64,000 bases of DNA from Squalus acanthias (GCA_030390025.1 CM059425.1:172486001-172550000); one strand, 5' to 3'. Positions 37,501-51,440 are shown, counted from the first letter of the stretch. The notes: generated from the letters alone by a model not told the origin. Translations and numbers: made by a program.

Positions 37501-39450
37501 AATTGCTGCTTGGAAAAATATGGGTTAATAAATGAAAGCCAGCACAAATGTTAAAGGCAAATCGTGTTTGACTAACTTGATTGAATTCTTTGATGAAGTA
37601 ACGGATAGGGTTGATGAGAGTAGTGTGGTTGATGTCGTGTATATGGACTTTCAAGAAGGTGTTTAATAAAGTACCACATAATAGGCTCGTTAGCAAAATT
37701 GAAGCTCATGGGATTAAAGGGGCAGTAGCTGCGTGGATAAGAAATTGGCTAAGGAACAGAAAGTAGTGGTGAACGGTTGTTTAAGAGTGCAGTAGTGTCC
37801 CCCAGGGGTCGGTGTTGGGCCAACTGCTGTACGATATAAATAAAATGACCTGGACTTGGGTATACAGGGCAAAATTTGCAGATGACCATGAAACTCAAAT
37901 GTAGTAATCAGTGAGAAGGATAGTAACAGACTTCAGGAGGACATAGACAGATTGGTCAAATGGGCAGACACATGGCAGATGAAATATAACGCAGAAGTGT
38001 GCAGTAATTCATTTTGGTAGGAAGAATGAGGAGAGGCAATATGAACTAAATGGTACAATTTTAAAAGAGGTAGAGCAACAGAGAGACTTGGGGGGTGTAC
38101 GTACACAAGTCTCTGAAGGTGACAGGACAAGTGTTAAAAAGGCATACGGGATCCTTGGCTTTATAAATAGAGGCATAGAGTACAAAAGCAAGGAAGGTAT
38201 GCTAAACCTTTATAAAACTCTGGATTAGGCCCTAGCTGGAGTATTGTGGCCAATTGTGGGCACCACAATTTAGGAAGGATGCCAAGATTATAGAGAGTGT
38301 GCAGACATTTACTAGAATGGTACCATGGATGAAGGACTTCAGTTACGTGGAGAAACAAGAGAAACTGGGGTTGTTCTTGTTAGAGCAGAGAAGGTTAAGG
38401 GAAGATTTAATAGAGGTGTTCAAAATCATGAAAGGTTTTGATCGGAAGTACAATTTAAAAATTTGCAGACATCATCAAATTGGGGGTGGGGAAGGTATAG
38501 TTAATACAGGAGGACTGCGACAAAATACAGGAAGACATTAATAAACTTGCAGAATGGGCATGTAATTGGCAAATGAACTTCAATATAGATAAGCATGAGG
38601 TGGTATATTTTAGCAGGAAGAATAAGGAGGCCACATACTCCTTGGAAAATAAGTGTCCAAATGGGATAGAAGAGCAGAAGGATCTGGGTGTACAGATGCA
38701 CAAGTCACTAAAAATAGCAACACAGGTTAAAAAGGCCATAAAAAAGCACTGGGGTTCATTTCTAGAGGGATAGAATAAAAAGCAGAGATGTTATCTTAAA
38801 CTTGTCTCGAACCTTGGTTAGACCACACTTGGGAGTACTGTGAACAGTTCTAGTCTCCATATTATAAATAGGATATAGAGGCACTGGGGAAGGTGCCAAT
38901 TTTTTTTTTTACTAGGATGATACCAGAAGAGAGAGATTATACCCATCAGGAAAGATTGAACAGGCAGGGGCTCTTTTCTCTAGAAAAAAGACTGAGGGTT
39001 GACCTGATAGATGTCTAAGATTATGAAAGTGTAGACATAGATAAGATGTTTCCACTTGCAAGGGAGGCCAGAACTAGGGGCCATAAATAAGAGAGTCACT
39101 AATCAATGCAATAGGGAATTCAGGAGAAACTTCTTTATGTAGAGTGGTAAGAATGTGGAACTCGCTACAAGGAGTAGTTGAGGCGACTAGGATAGATGCA
39201 TTTAAGGGGAAGCTAGATAAACACAAGGGAGAAAGGAACAGTTGGGCTAGATGAAAAAGGATGGGAGGAGGCTCGTGTGGAGCATATACACTGGCATGGG
39301 CTGGTTGGACTGAATGGCCTGTTTCTGTGCTGTAAAGTAATACCATGTAATACTATGTGATAGAGTAAATAAGGAGAAACTGCTTCCAGTGGCAGAAGGG
39401 TCAATATTACATAGAATTACACAGTAACCAGAGGACATAAATTTAATGTG
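34560..39450 (+). mobile_element. Decayed CR1 interrupted by a Harbinger element (35051-37033) and a second CR1 (about 38445-39360)
   Basis: FYKH|INSKR is contiguous across the first insert. After the second CR1's tail the host resumes at gatagagtaaataaggagaaactg. Confidence 0.82.
35051..37033. mobile_element. Internally deleted PIF/Harbinger element with Myb/SANT gene remnant
   Basis: TIRs GGCCGGGAAATT and GGCCTTGAAATT. 35410-35690 is similar to 40390-40600. Minus-strand 36530-36745 gives SDAALE...REVLYP...WDQIAEVV...TWLQCSKKFQDL. Confidence 0.8.
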
Positions 39451-40016
39451 ATTTGCAGAGCCAACGTGTCTCAAAGCAGACGTCTTCAGAAAAGCATTGA
39501 TGAAATCCTTGGCCAAGGTGGCGACCCCTCAGTTAGGAAGACTCAAGCAAAGCAAAAGAGGAAGAACAACTTATTTTTTAAAAAAGACCTACATGTACCA
39601 TCCACTGCATTAGAGTGCAGGTCATTTTTTGTACTACTGAAAAAGAACCCATGGTAACTGCTTGAAGGACAACCAGGCCCTTCAATTTTTTGATGTAGTG
39701 AGCATAAATGGGGTACAAGCATACTTAACTCAAGGGCAGAGGAAAGCACAGTATGACAGACCTATTAAGGGTTAGGTGTGCAGGGATAATGGCAACAAAT
39801 TTTGGTATAATGCCTGCCAAAGAAACCTACTAGGCACTAGAAGACTGATGACCTTCATCTTCCCTTTCCAAGGTAGGTCATGAAGTAGAAGAGCCAGGGG
39901 CATCGATAGGAACTGACAACTATGAGGATTTTGAGCAAAAGAAGCTGTTCTTTTGAGGCCAAACCAGATACTAATAAATACTGGTTGTGGTATATTATTT
40001 CAGCAATGAGACAAAA

Positions 40017-41425
40017 GGAAATTCGGCACCTTAGCGCCAGTAGTTAAGGCCAGTTTGGAAAAGAAATGGCGTCCGCCTCCTTTCTGCCCACTTCCGGTAC
40101 GGCCTGTGCTGTTCGCCATCTTGGTGAGGGCGATAGCGTGGGCGCGACGTGCATGCGTCAGCAGTATGCAGAGTGTAATGCTGATTTGACACGTGACCTG
40201 CCATTTGAGGTCACCGCTCCAATCAACACCCTCGCCTAAACACGCATGTTCAGCTGCATGAGGGACCCCCCACCAGTGCTATTTAAAGGAATGCATTCAA
40301 CTTGCAGGTAAGTGGATTATTTCTCTTGTACTGGCTCTTGCAGAGTTTGTATGAATAGTGGCTTGCTGGAAGACATTGATAAAGTTGTTAAAGTGTGTAG
40401 GGACTGCTGCTGGACATTGGGAAGGCATTGGCTGCTACTGGAAGGCCTGAGTACACCAGTTGCTCAGTCATGTGGGCTCTACTTTGCAGTCCCCCTTGCA
40501 CTGCAGCATGCCAGGAAAATGGAGTAGAGGCAGCAAAGACGACAAGCTGCTCGCAGAGGGAGGAGGAAGAGGGAGAGAAGGGCTCTCAGCAGGATCTTCA
40601 GGGAGCACTTCTCCTACTTGCACCTAAGCCAGGAGCAGTGTGTTCAGCAGCTCCACTTCATCAAGGAGGTGGTTACAGAACTCGGCGGTCACAGAACTCG
40701 GCCACCTCGTGGAACCAGATCTGCAACCTCAGAGCAGGGCGACGACCAGGATCCTTCCAGGCTGGAACAGGTGACTCAAACACCTTGCAGTTCACCATCC
40801 ATCACTGCATCTGGGAGGTAACAGATGCTCTGTACTCTAGGAGAAGGGACTTCATTGTCTTCCCTCTAAACAGAGAAGCAGGAGGAGCGCGCGCATGTGG
40901 CTTTGCCAAGATATTGGGCTTCCCCATGGTGTAGGGCGCCATCGACTGCACACACGTGGTTTTGAGGGCGTTGCACATTAATGCTGAGATGTACCGTAAC
41001 TGCAAAGGATACCACTCACTTAATGTGCAGTTGGTGTGTGACCACACCGAGCACATCATGATGAATGAATGCCTGGTATCCTGGCAGCAGTTATGATGCT
41101 TTCATCCTGCGCCCATCCACTGTGTCAGCAATCTCCGAGCCACCACATTGAATCCAAGGGTGGCTGAAAAGCAACAAGGGCTATCCACTACACCTGGCTG
41201 ATGACTCCCCTCCGCAACCCCACCACTCGTGGCCAGCACTCATATAATGACAGCCACGCTGCCAAGAGGAACGTCATCGAGCAGACCATCGGGCTCCTCA
41301 AGCAATGGTTCTGCTGCCTTGACTGCTCGGGAGGTGCCATCCAGAACTCACTGGAGCGGGTTTCCCAATTTGCGAGGTCTGCTGCAACTTGGCCATCCTG
41401 AGGGCGCAGTCCTTGCCACCACGTG
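40017..41425 (+). mobile_element. Harbinger element with frameshifted HARBI1-like DDE transposase
   Basis: GAIDCTHV, RNCKGYHSLNVQLVCDH, YPGSSYDAFIL, MTPLRNP, YNDSHAAKRNVIEQTIGLLKQWFCCLD. Confidence 0.88.
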
Positions 41426-41440
41426 ATCTGTGACAATCTC

Positions 41441-43719
41441 AGAGAGAGGAGAAAGAGAGAGGAGGGGAGGGGAGGGGAGGGGAAAGAGAGGAGAGGAGGG
41501 GGGAAGAGAGAGAGCAGAGGAGGGGGGAAGAGAGAGAGAAGAGGAGGGGGGAAGAGAGAGAGCAGAGGAGGGGGGAAGAGAGAGAGAAGAGGAGGGGGGA
41601 AGAGAGAGAGAAGAGGAGGGGGGAAGAGAGAGAGAAGAGGAGGGGGGAAGCGAGAGAGAAGAGGAGGGGGGAAGCGAGAGAGAAGAGGAGGGGGGAGAGA
41701 GAGAGAAGAGGAGGGGGGAAGCGAGAGAGAAGAGGAGGGGGGAAGCGAGAGAGAAGAGGAGGGGGAGAGAGAGAGAAGAGGAGGGGGAGAGAGAGAGAAG
41801 AGGAGGGGGGAGAGAGAGAAGGAGGGGGGGGAAGAGAGAGAGAAGAGGAGGGGGGAGAGAGAGAGAAGAGGAGGGGGGAGAGAGAGAGAGAAGAGGAGGG
41901 GGAAGAGAGAGCAGAGGAGGGGGAAGAGAGAGCAGAGGAGGGGGAAGAGAGAGAGCAGAGGAGGGGGAGAGAAGAGGAGGGGGGAAGAGAGAGAAGAGGG
42001 GGGGGGAAGAGAGAGAGAAGGAGGGGGGGAAGAGAGAGAAGGAGGGGGGAAGAGAGAGAGAAGAGGAGGGGGGAAGAGAGAGAGAAGAGGAGGGGGAAGC
42101 GAGAGAGAAGAGGAGGGGGGAAGAGAGAGAGCAGAGGAGGAGGGAAGAGAGAGAGCAGAGGAGGAGGAAGAGAGAGAGCAGAGGAGGGAAGAGAGAGAGC
42201 AGAGGAGGGGGGAAGAGAGAGAGCAGAGGAGGGGGGGAAGAGAGAGAGCAGAGGAGGGGGGGAAGAGAGAGAGCAGAGGAGGGGGGGAAGAGAGAGAGCA
42301 GAGGAGGGGGGGAAGAGAGAGAGCAGAGGAGGGGGGGAAGAGAGAGAGCAGAGGAGGGGGGAGAGAAGAGGAGGGGGGAGAGAAGAGGAGGGGGGAGAGA
42401 AGAGGAGGGGGGGAGAGAAGAGGAGGGGGGGAGAGAAGAGGAGGGGGGGAGAGAAGAGGAGGGGGGAGAGAAGAGGAGGGGGGAAGAGAGAGAGAAGAGG
42501 AGGGGGAAGCGAGAGAGAAGAGGAGGGGGGAAGAGAGAGAGCAGAGGAGGAGGGAAGAGAGAGAGCAGAGGAGGAGGAAGAGAGAGAGCAGAGGAGGGAA
42601 GAGAGAGAGCAGAGGAGGGGGGAAGAGAGAGAGCAGAGGAGGGGGGAAGAGAGAGAGCAGAGGAGGGGGGAAGAGAGAGAGCAGAGGAGGGGGGAAGAGA
42701 GAGAGCAGAGGGGGGGGGGGAAGAGAGAGAGCAGAGGAGGGGGGGAAGAGAGAGAGCAGAGGAGGGGGGAGAGAAGAGGAGGGGGGAGAGAAGAGGAGGG
42801 GGGGAGAGAAGAGGAGGGGGGGGAGAGAAGAGGAGGGGGGGAGAGAAGAGGAGGGGGGAGAGAAGAGGAGGGGGGAAGAGAGAGAGAAGGAGGGGGAGAG
42901 AGAAGAGGAGGGGGAAGAGAGAGAGAAGAGGAGGGGGGAGAGAGAGAAGAGGAGGGGAAGAGAGAGAGAGGAGGGGGAGAGAGAAGAGGAGGGGGAAGAG
43001 AGAGAGAAGAGGAGGGGGGAAGAGAGAGAGGAGGGGGAGAGAGAAGAGGAGGGGGAAGAGAGAGAGAAGAGGAGGGGGAAGAGAGAGAGCAGAGGAGGGG
43101 GAAGAGAGAGAGCAGAGGAGGGGGGAAGAGAGAGAGCAGAGGAGGGGGGAAGAGAGAGAGCGGGGGGGGGAGAGAGAGAGAGAGGAGGGGGGAGAGAGAG
43201 AGAGAGGAGGAGGGGGGAGAGAGAGAGAAGAGGAGGGGGGAGAGAGAGAGAGAAGAGAAGGGGGAAAGAGAGAGAAGAGGAGGGGGAAAGAGAGAGAAGA
43301 GGAGGGGGAAAGAGAGAGAGAAGAGGAGGGGGGAAGAGAGAGAGAGAAGGAGGGGGGAAGAGAGAGAGAAGAGGGGGGAAGAGAGAGAGAAGAGGGGGGA
43401 AGAGAGAGAGAAGAGGGGGAAAGAGAGAGGAGGGGGAAAGAGAGAGAGGAGGGGGAAAGAGAGAGAGGAGGGGGAAAGAGAGAGAGGAGGGGGAAAGAGA
43501 GGGAGGAGGGGGAAAGAGAGGAGGAGGGGGAAAGAGAGGGAGGAGGGGGAAAGAGAGGGAGGAGGGGGAAAGAGAGAGAGGAGGGGGAAAGAGAGAGAGG
43601 AGGGGGAAAGAGAGAGAGGAGGGGGAAAGAGAGAGAGGAGGGGGAAAGAGAGAGAGGAGGGGGAAAGAGAGAGAGGAGGGGGAAAGAGAGAGGAGGGGGA
43701 AAGAGAGAGAGAAGAGGAG
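41441..43719. repeat. 2.3-kb polypurine (GA-rich) tandem array, units of about 17-23 bp
   Basis: Almost only G and A with occasional C, e.g. GAGAGAGAAGAGGAGGGGGGAA. Confidence 0.97.
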
Positions 43720-43989
43720 TCAGTGTAATTCAGCATCAATTAAGATCGAAACGTACAACTGCTGAGCAAGATGAAACTTCAGAATGCTAGGGACTTGATT
43801 ATAGCACAAGTGCTGGTTGATATTTCACTTCAGAAGAAGCTACTCTACAAGACAGGATCTTGTAGAATTAGAGGTAATCTACTGTGGCGACTGAGAATTG
43901 GCTGAATGACCGTAGGCAGAAAGTTTGTCAATGGATCTGATTGGAGACGGATTACCAGTGGGTGTCCCACAGGGATTGGTGTTAGGACA

Positions 43990-44203
43990 GTGGGAAGAAC
44001 TCCCCTGCTCTTCTTCAAATAGTGCCCTGGGATCTTTTACGTCCACCAGAGAGGGCAAACGTCGCATCTGAAAGACAGCACCTGCACAGTGCAGCACTCC
44101 CTCAGTACTGCAACCTGGATTATGTGCTCAAGTCTCTGGTATGGGGCTTGAACCCACAACCTTCTGATTCAGAGGCTAGAGTATTACCGCTGAGCCAAGG
44201 CCA
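43990..44203 (-). mobile_element. tRNA-derived SINE head
   Basis: Minus-strand A-box TGGCTCAGCGG and B-box GGTTCAAGCCC. Confidence 0.75.
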
Positions 44204-44559
44204 CCTGAAACAAACAATTTGCTTAGAGGCATTTTCAATAATTGAACAACTGACGTTTAGTGTGTAACAGCATAAACATACAGACTTAAGATGCGCAACT
44301 TGCTCTCATGATGCAAGTACTGTTTACATAATCCAGTGAATGCCTATAAATAGCTCAGTAACCAGATTCTCTTCTGCCCTGTCTTCACAGCAGATCTGTA
44401 CGTCAACAAAGCATGGATATAGAGGAAAGGGCAGCAACAAAGTTGGCAAGATTTGTTCATCTGTTTATGCAGCCAATTCAAAGCTTCTATTTGGCAAGTA
44501 AATGCAGATTACAACAAGAGTTGCAGAGCTGCTTCTGTAATATTACATTTGGCAAAGAA

Positions 44560-44895
44560 TAAAGAACCTGCATTTATATAGTGTCTTGTATACATCAGGA
44601 TGCTTCAGTGCTTTACAGCCAACTTTTAAAGTGTAGTCACTGTTGCAATGTAGGAAAACATGGCAGCTAATTTGCACACAAAAAGGACTCTCAAAGCAAT
44701 GAGATAAAAAAAGTTAATCTGTTTTAGTGATGTTGGTTGAGAATAAATGTTGGCCAGGACACCGGGCAAATTTCCCTGCTTTTCTTTGAATAGTATTATG
44801 GGGTCTTTTGCATACAACTGAGGGGGACACATTCAGTTTAACATTTCATTCGAAAGATGGTACCTCCAACAATGCAGTACTCAGTACTGCACTGT
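44560..44895 (-). mobile_element. DeuSINE-like SINE body and tail
   Basis: Reverse-complement similarity to 14730-15180. Confidence 0.7.
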
Positions 44896-45056
44896 AATAT
44901 ATATATATGGCATATGCACAGTAAATCACCGATGCAGTAATTGAATGAAAAAAAAATTAAACATTAAACGAGAAAATTTTTTTTTCTGCCATTGGCATTC
45001 TTCCTAATAAAAAACTTCAATTTTATGTATTTATTCTGCCAACTATATAAAATAAT

Positions 45057-45796
45057 GGCCCAAAAATTAGTCTCAGTACGTGAGAGTACGCACTGTGTAC
45101 TCTCGCGTATTCTGTCTCCAATTGCCAGTTTCCTGCATGCACTGCGCATGCGCTGAAAACCAGCACTTGGTGAATTCAAAAGGGGGCGGTTCCTAAGTGA
45201 ACCGCGTGCGCACTACAGGCTGCGCGCACGCAGTGCACTTAGTGCTTTGAACGCGCAGGTAAGCATGGAAGATTTTGCACATAAAGGAGGCGTAAGACCC
45301 TCTTTTAACAAGGTAAGTAGTTAATTAAGTATTATTTTAAATTTTTTTCAACAGGTATATCTTTTTTAGAGACTTTAAAGAAAGGTAAGTTTATTTTTAT
45401 AACTTTTAAAAAGATTTTAAATTTTTTCAAAAATTAAATTTTTTGTTTAAAGTGGCTAATTTAATAAACTATACTTATTTTATTAATGTGATGGTTTTTA
45501 AAAAAAATTTAATTGAGGTTTAGCTGTTCTTTTGGGGGGGTATAGATTCATAGCTTTGACAGCCCTTGCTGTCAAAACTATGAATGAAAGATGGTGTGCT
45601 GCCATTGGCTCTAACTGAATCACGTGATCCCACAGCTCGCACGAATTAACTGCGTCTGTGGGATACGCACACACTGCACAGCTGCAGCCTTGAAACTAAA
45701 GTTCGTGTGAGCTCGGAAGGAAAAGGCAGGCGCGCAGTGAGATATCGCGGGGAAGCCTTACCCCCGCAGGAAGGCTCCGTCTTTAATTTCTGGGCC
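45057..45796. mobile_element. MITE-like Harbinger-type element
   Basis: AAT duplication; TIRs GGCCCAAAAATTA and GGCCCAGAAATTA; AT-rich core. Confidence 0.8.
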
Positions 45797-45877
45797 AATG
45801 AAATTCAAAATAGTTTGGAAAAAAGTCAGCACTTTTGACACCAACACTGAGAATTGAAATACTTTCATGAAAATATT

Positions 45878-46125
45878 GGAGCTGAATTTGCGGTCGGAGG
45901 CTTCCTGCAGACGGATGCCTCCGACCAGCAAAAACAAAATCTACGAACTTACCTGATGGTCCCGGAGGTTCGGACATTTGCGCTCCTGGGCCTCTATGCG
46001 TAGGCCTGTGTAGAGGCCCATGTATCCCAGTGGCGCATGTGGTTGGCAAGCCTAAACCCGGAACTTGCGCAGCCCTTATGGGCGCGTGCGCTTGTACGCA
46101 CCCGTAGGCATCGCAAATTATGGCC
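45878..46125. mobile_element. Short deletion derivative related to 57569-58318
   Basis: Shares cgctcctgggcctc...cccag-ggcgcatgt and cacccgtagg subterminal sequences. Confidence 0.65.
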
Positions 46126-46145
46126 AATTAATCTTCACCCTTTGG

Positions 46146-46148
<3 letters not shown>

Positions 46149-46178
<30 letters not shown>
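46149..46178. repeat. (CA)n microsatellite
   Basis: Direct reading. Confidence 0.95.
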
Positions 46179-46181
<3 letters not shown>

Positions 46182-48009
46182 ATAATGCACAGATTTATTG
46201 AACACTGGAAGAAACATTATTGACAGAACGCATTTGTACCCATTAAATGCAAGAAGTCAAGTAAAGCAGGAGTCCAGAAAAATTGACAGTTAATTTCTAC
46301 TGATTAATCTATTGATCAGTTACTGAATATATTGCATGTACTGTTACTTTGCTTTCATAATTCCTTGATACTAAAAAAGCAAGTGGAAGCACAGATGAAT
46401 ACTAGTTCAAGATTTTCTTCATTAAGTACACAAAGAACTTCTCATTAAGAGTGGTTTGTTCCTGTCTGCTGCACTCTGAAGTACACACCCACGACGATCC
46501 ACCAATGATAATGTGCAATAATCTGCAGCAGAAGCGAATGGCTTACCATCGTGCGGAAAGCAGAGATGATATACCATGTTGAGCTCAGTAAACAGCAAAT
46601 CAAACCATCACCATCAATGTTACTGAACAAAAGCTTTTAACGGATTTCATCTCCCTAACAAGAATGCTGTCAAACAATGATCAAGTGACTTGTTCACATC
46701 AGGAAGCCCAATTACTCTTTTGGTACACTGAAAAGGCATGTCTAAGGTCAACATCAGGTTGCACACTAAGCTCAGTCTGTTAAGCAGTTGTGATCTTCAC
46801 TCTCTATGGTTGTGATATCTAGTTGTACTGCTACCATTTCACCTGCGTCACTAAGATCATGCATATCAAATAGCATGACCATTTACCAATCATGAGATCC
46901 TGCAATGTAAAAGATCAAACAATATTGAAAAATGCTAATAAAAATCACGGCCACGTTTTGAGCTTGCTGCCATCATCCATCTGGACAGAAAGCTCAAACA
47001 TGGTAAATGTTCCATTCCAAGCAGAGAAAGCACTTTATGGACACACTAAAGAACAACCTAAAGATGTGGGGCATTGATATACAAACAACTGGAAGATGCT
47101 TGAAGCAGACCAAGCAGGATGGTGCTCAATATTATTATGACAGAGTGAACAACTTTGAAGTGTAGCACCATCAACAGTAGCTAGAAAAGTAGTACCTACA
47201 GATACAAAAAGTGACTAGGTCAGGGAGATCCACATTTGGAGGTGGGGGGGGGGGGGGGGGGTAGTTCTGTACTTCTCGGATTCAACAGTAACAGCCAAGA
47301 TCTGGCACATGGAAAATTAACAAGTCATTTTCCTGATGAGGACTACCAGCCATAATATTGTTCTCATTACATATGGAAGAACTCATTGCGGAAACTTGTT
47401 TATTCTCATCTGCTGATCAGCATCACAATCCCAGACACTGATGCATTTTTGTAAAACTAGTCAAAACAGATGCAGCAAACAATTTGCTTTTGATGGCTGC
47501 TCTCTGGAACGTCTGTTGGATTAGACGCCAGAGATTGGTCATTCTGTTTCTATAGTCAATCCTTCAGATACCATACTACTGGATCTGATGTGCACTTTTA
47601 AAAAAAATTGTTTTTTTATCACTAAGCTTAAATCCCAGGAACGTTGTTATTCATAAAATACAGCACATTTCTTTGCATATGTATCTGCCTGCTGAAAGTT
47701 TAACAAATCATTTGTGAAGAAATCTAACTTGGCAGTAGTAAATCAAATAATATACAACAGAAGACACATTTAAATGTATTGGAGGTCACCAGGAGCAGGT
47801 ACAGAGAATGCAAAGAAAGTACAGAAATCTATGCTAATACTTATATTTAAAAAAACCTCATCTCTGAAATCAAATGACAGGTAGCATGGTTCCATCCCCC
47901 AACTTGTGAAACAGACAAAGGTTTTATTGTATTATTATTGAGTTTTATGTTGCAAAGTGCTCTACAGCCTGGGTCACTTGCTGAGAACTACTTTTTTAAG
48001 CAATTTAAG

Positions 48010-48680
48010 TATTTTCTAAATGGTGAGAAACTAAGGTCTGTAGAGGAGCAAGGAGATTTGGGTGTCCAAGTACACAAATCATTATAAAGCCAGTCGAAAA
48101 GTACAAAAAAGCTAATGGAAAGTTGGCCTTCATTTCAAAGGGGTTGGAATACAAAGAGGAGGAACTTGTGCTTCAGTTGTATAAAGCCTTGGTCAGACTT
48201 CATCTGGAGTACTGCATTCAGTTTTAATGGCCTTGGAGGTACAGCACAGATTCTTCAGAATTAGATCAGGGTTTAATTAGTTCAATTAGGAGGGCAGGTT
48301 ATGTAAACTTGACTTGTAATCCCTCGCGTATAGCAGATTGAGGGGTGTTCTGATCAAGGTGTTTAAAATGTTAAAAGGATTTGATAGGGTAGATACAGAG
48401 AAACTATTCCCTCTGGTGGGGGAAATCAAGAATCAGGAGCAAAATTGGGAAGCACTTTTTCCCCACACACAGTGCAGCAGAATTCTGGAACTCTCTCCAC
48501 CAAAAGGCTGTGGATACTAGGACAATTGGAGCTTTCAAGACCGATAGATTTTTGGTAGGCAAGGATACCAAGGGATATGGTGCAAAGGCGGGAAAATGGA
48601 GTTGAGGTGCAGATCTGCCATGATCTAAATGAATGATGGAGCAAGCCCAATGAGCGGAATGGCCTACTCCTGTTTCTAAT
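48010..48680 (+). mobile_element. CR1 3' fragment
   Basis: RGVLIKVFKMLKGFDRVD; tail aatggcctactcctgttt. Confidence 0.85.
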
Positions 48681-49529
48681 GGAGGGAAGCAAACTAGTAA
48701 AATGCTCTACGTTTAGAGAAGAATTATTGTACATTTCTAAAGCCAGCAGTTTGAATAAACATTTTAAAGATCAAAAAATCTAGCAAATGCATTTTGTTTA
48801 AAATAAATACACAGCTTAAAAGATTTGCATCATGAAACAAGACGTTCTTACTTGAAAATCACTGGGGACTAAACTATCTGAGCATTAATTGTTAGAGCCT
48901 TGAATGAAGTATTAGAAATGCATGATGAAGAACATACAAACAAGAGGGAATGCTGCAGTTTCCTTTCAGCAGTTCCAGACAATGGCTGTTCACAAACCTA
49001 TTAAAACAGATTTGCAACTATCAAAGTTTAACTCCTTAATAAGCAAAAAAGTAGCTTCTGAACTCCTGCAAGAAACATAGCACTAATAAGAAACTGAAAA
49101 TAAAAATCTGCAAGAAAAGTGAATTGTACCCACAAAGAAATCAGAATGAATGTTAATAGGAGAATGGCAGTGAATGTAGTTATTTTTGACTCAGGTGGTT
49201 AACTCCCCCAACCTAAATGAAATCGACTTGGGCTAAAATCAGCACAAGGATGAATGCATCCACCACACAAAAATAACAGGAAATCAATAAAAAGTTCCAT
49301 ATCAAGAACTGTGCAACAGTGGACTTTCAAATTGCAAGGCACAGAAGATTATCACTGGTTGGCCACAGGAAATTAAAAGGACTTAGGAAACTATCAGAAG
49401 AAGCAATCGTAGAATTTGAGCTGGAAAGACTTGAGGGGCGACAAACGTTTTTAAATGCAACTGGCAGGCACTCGGCGAAATATCATTTATGCTGTGTTGT
49501 GCCCTACGCCTTAATGCACAAGTAGGAAT

Positions 49530-51440
49530 TCTACATAGGATATACGTCACAGAAACAGGCCATTCGGCCCAACCAGTCTATGCCGGTGTTTATGCTCCAC
49601 TCGAGCCTCCTCCCGTCTTTCCTCATCTAAATCTCTCAGCATAACCCTCTATTCCCTTTTCCTTCATATGCTTGTCTAGCCTCCCCTTAAATGCATCTAT
49701 ACTATTTGCTTCAACCACTCCCTATGGTAGCAAGTTCCACATTCTCACCACTCTGGGTAAAGAAGTTTCTTCTGAATTCCCTATTGGATTTCTTGGTGAC
49801 TATCTTATATTGATGGCCTCTAGTTATGCTCTTCCCCACAAGTGGAAACATTCTCTCTGTATCCACTCTATCAAAACCTTTCATAATTTTAAAGACCTCT
49901 ATCAGGTCACCCCTCAGCCTTCTTTTTTCAAGAGAAAAGAGACCCAGCCTGTTCATCTTTTCCTGATCGGTATACCCTTGCATTTCTGGCATCATCCTTG
50001 TAAATCTTCTCTGCACCCTCTCCAGTGCCTCTATATCCTTTTTATAATATGGCGACCAGAACTGTATGCAGTACTCCAAGTGTGGTCTAACCAAGGTTCA
50101 ACATAACTTCCCTACTTTTCAATTGTATCCCTTTAGAAATAAACCCTAGTGCTTGGTTTACTTTTATTATGGCCTGTGTCACAACTTTTAGTGATTTGTG
50201 TATTTGTACTCAGAGATCCCTTTGTTCCTCTACCCCAGTTAGACTCGCACCCTCCAAGTGATGTGACCTCCCTATTCTTCCTACCAAAAATGTAATACCT
50301 CACATTTATCTGTGTTGAACTTCATTTGCCAATTATATGCCTATGCTGCAAGTTTATTAATGTCCTCCTGTAACTTGTTGTAGTCCTCCTCAGTATTGAC
50401 CATCCCTCCCCCCCGCCCCAATTTGGAGTCATCCGCAAATTTAGAAATTGTGTTTTTGATTCCAAAGACTAAATTGTTAATATAAATTGTGAACAGCAGT
50501 GGTCCCAGCACTGATCCTTGTGGAACACCACTACCCACCTTCTGCCACTGTGAATAGCTACCCTTTACTCCTACTCTCTGCTTTCTGTCCCGAAGCCAGC
50601 CAGCAATCCATTCTGCTACTTGTCCCCGGACTCCACATTCTCTGACCTTGTTCATCAGTCTATTATGGGGTACCTTATCGAAGGCCTTTTGGAAAACCAG
50701 ATAAATTACTTCTACTGCATTACCAATGTCTACTCTCTCTGTTACCTCTTCAAAAAATTCAGTAAGGTTGATCAAGCAAGACTTTCCTTTTTGAAATCTA
50801 TGTTGACTATTCATTATTATATTTTTGGTTTCTAGATGTTCTTCTATTTTCTCCTTTAGTAGGGATTCCATTATTTTTCCTACCACCGATGTTAAGCTGA
50901 CTGGTCTATAATTTCCTGGCTATGTTCTATGCCCCTTCTTAAATATCGGTATTACGTTAGCTACCCGCCAGTCCTCTGGCATTATACCTTTTTCGAACGC
51001 ATTATTAAATATGCGTAGTAATGCCTCTGCTATCTCTTCCCTAGATTCTTTTAAAATGCGTGGTGAATCAAACTCTTCTGAGTTTGATTCATTTATTTAA
51101 TATATACCCTTTTTAAATTTTAAATGCAGTTATCTTATTACTAACCTCATCATCCAATGTCATGTCCACCTGTTCTATCTCCCTCATAAATACTGAAGCA
51201 AAATTATTAAATATTTCTGCCATCTCTCTATCGTTACCTGTGGTATTATCCTGTCTATCCTTTAATGGCCCTATTCCCATCCCAACCGTCCTTTTTTATT
51301 GATGTGCCTGTAACATATTTTGTTTTATATTCCTTGATAATTTAATTTTATAATTCCTCTTTGCCCAATTGTTTTTTTGACTTCTCTCCTAATCTTTTCG
51401 TATTCTTTATCATGCACTCCCCTGCTGTCTATATACTTCT
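49530..51440 (-). mobile_element. CR1 LINE, 5'-truncated
   Basis: [31 protein letters not shown]. Confidence 0.9.

Noticed and set aside
40428..41420. Domesticated HARBI1 host gene
   Set aside because: Multiple frameshifts and stops, a transposon terminus upstream, and related copies nearby.
41423..43790. Three 766-786 aa ORFs (R/E/G-rich and S/L/P-rich)
   Set aside because: Stop-free only because the polypurine tract lacks T; no domain or splice support.
47330..47400. CTGATGA as a fifth hammerhead core
   Set aside because: No helix II hairpin followed by GAAA at the right spacing; the same applies to CTGATGA at about 16054.
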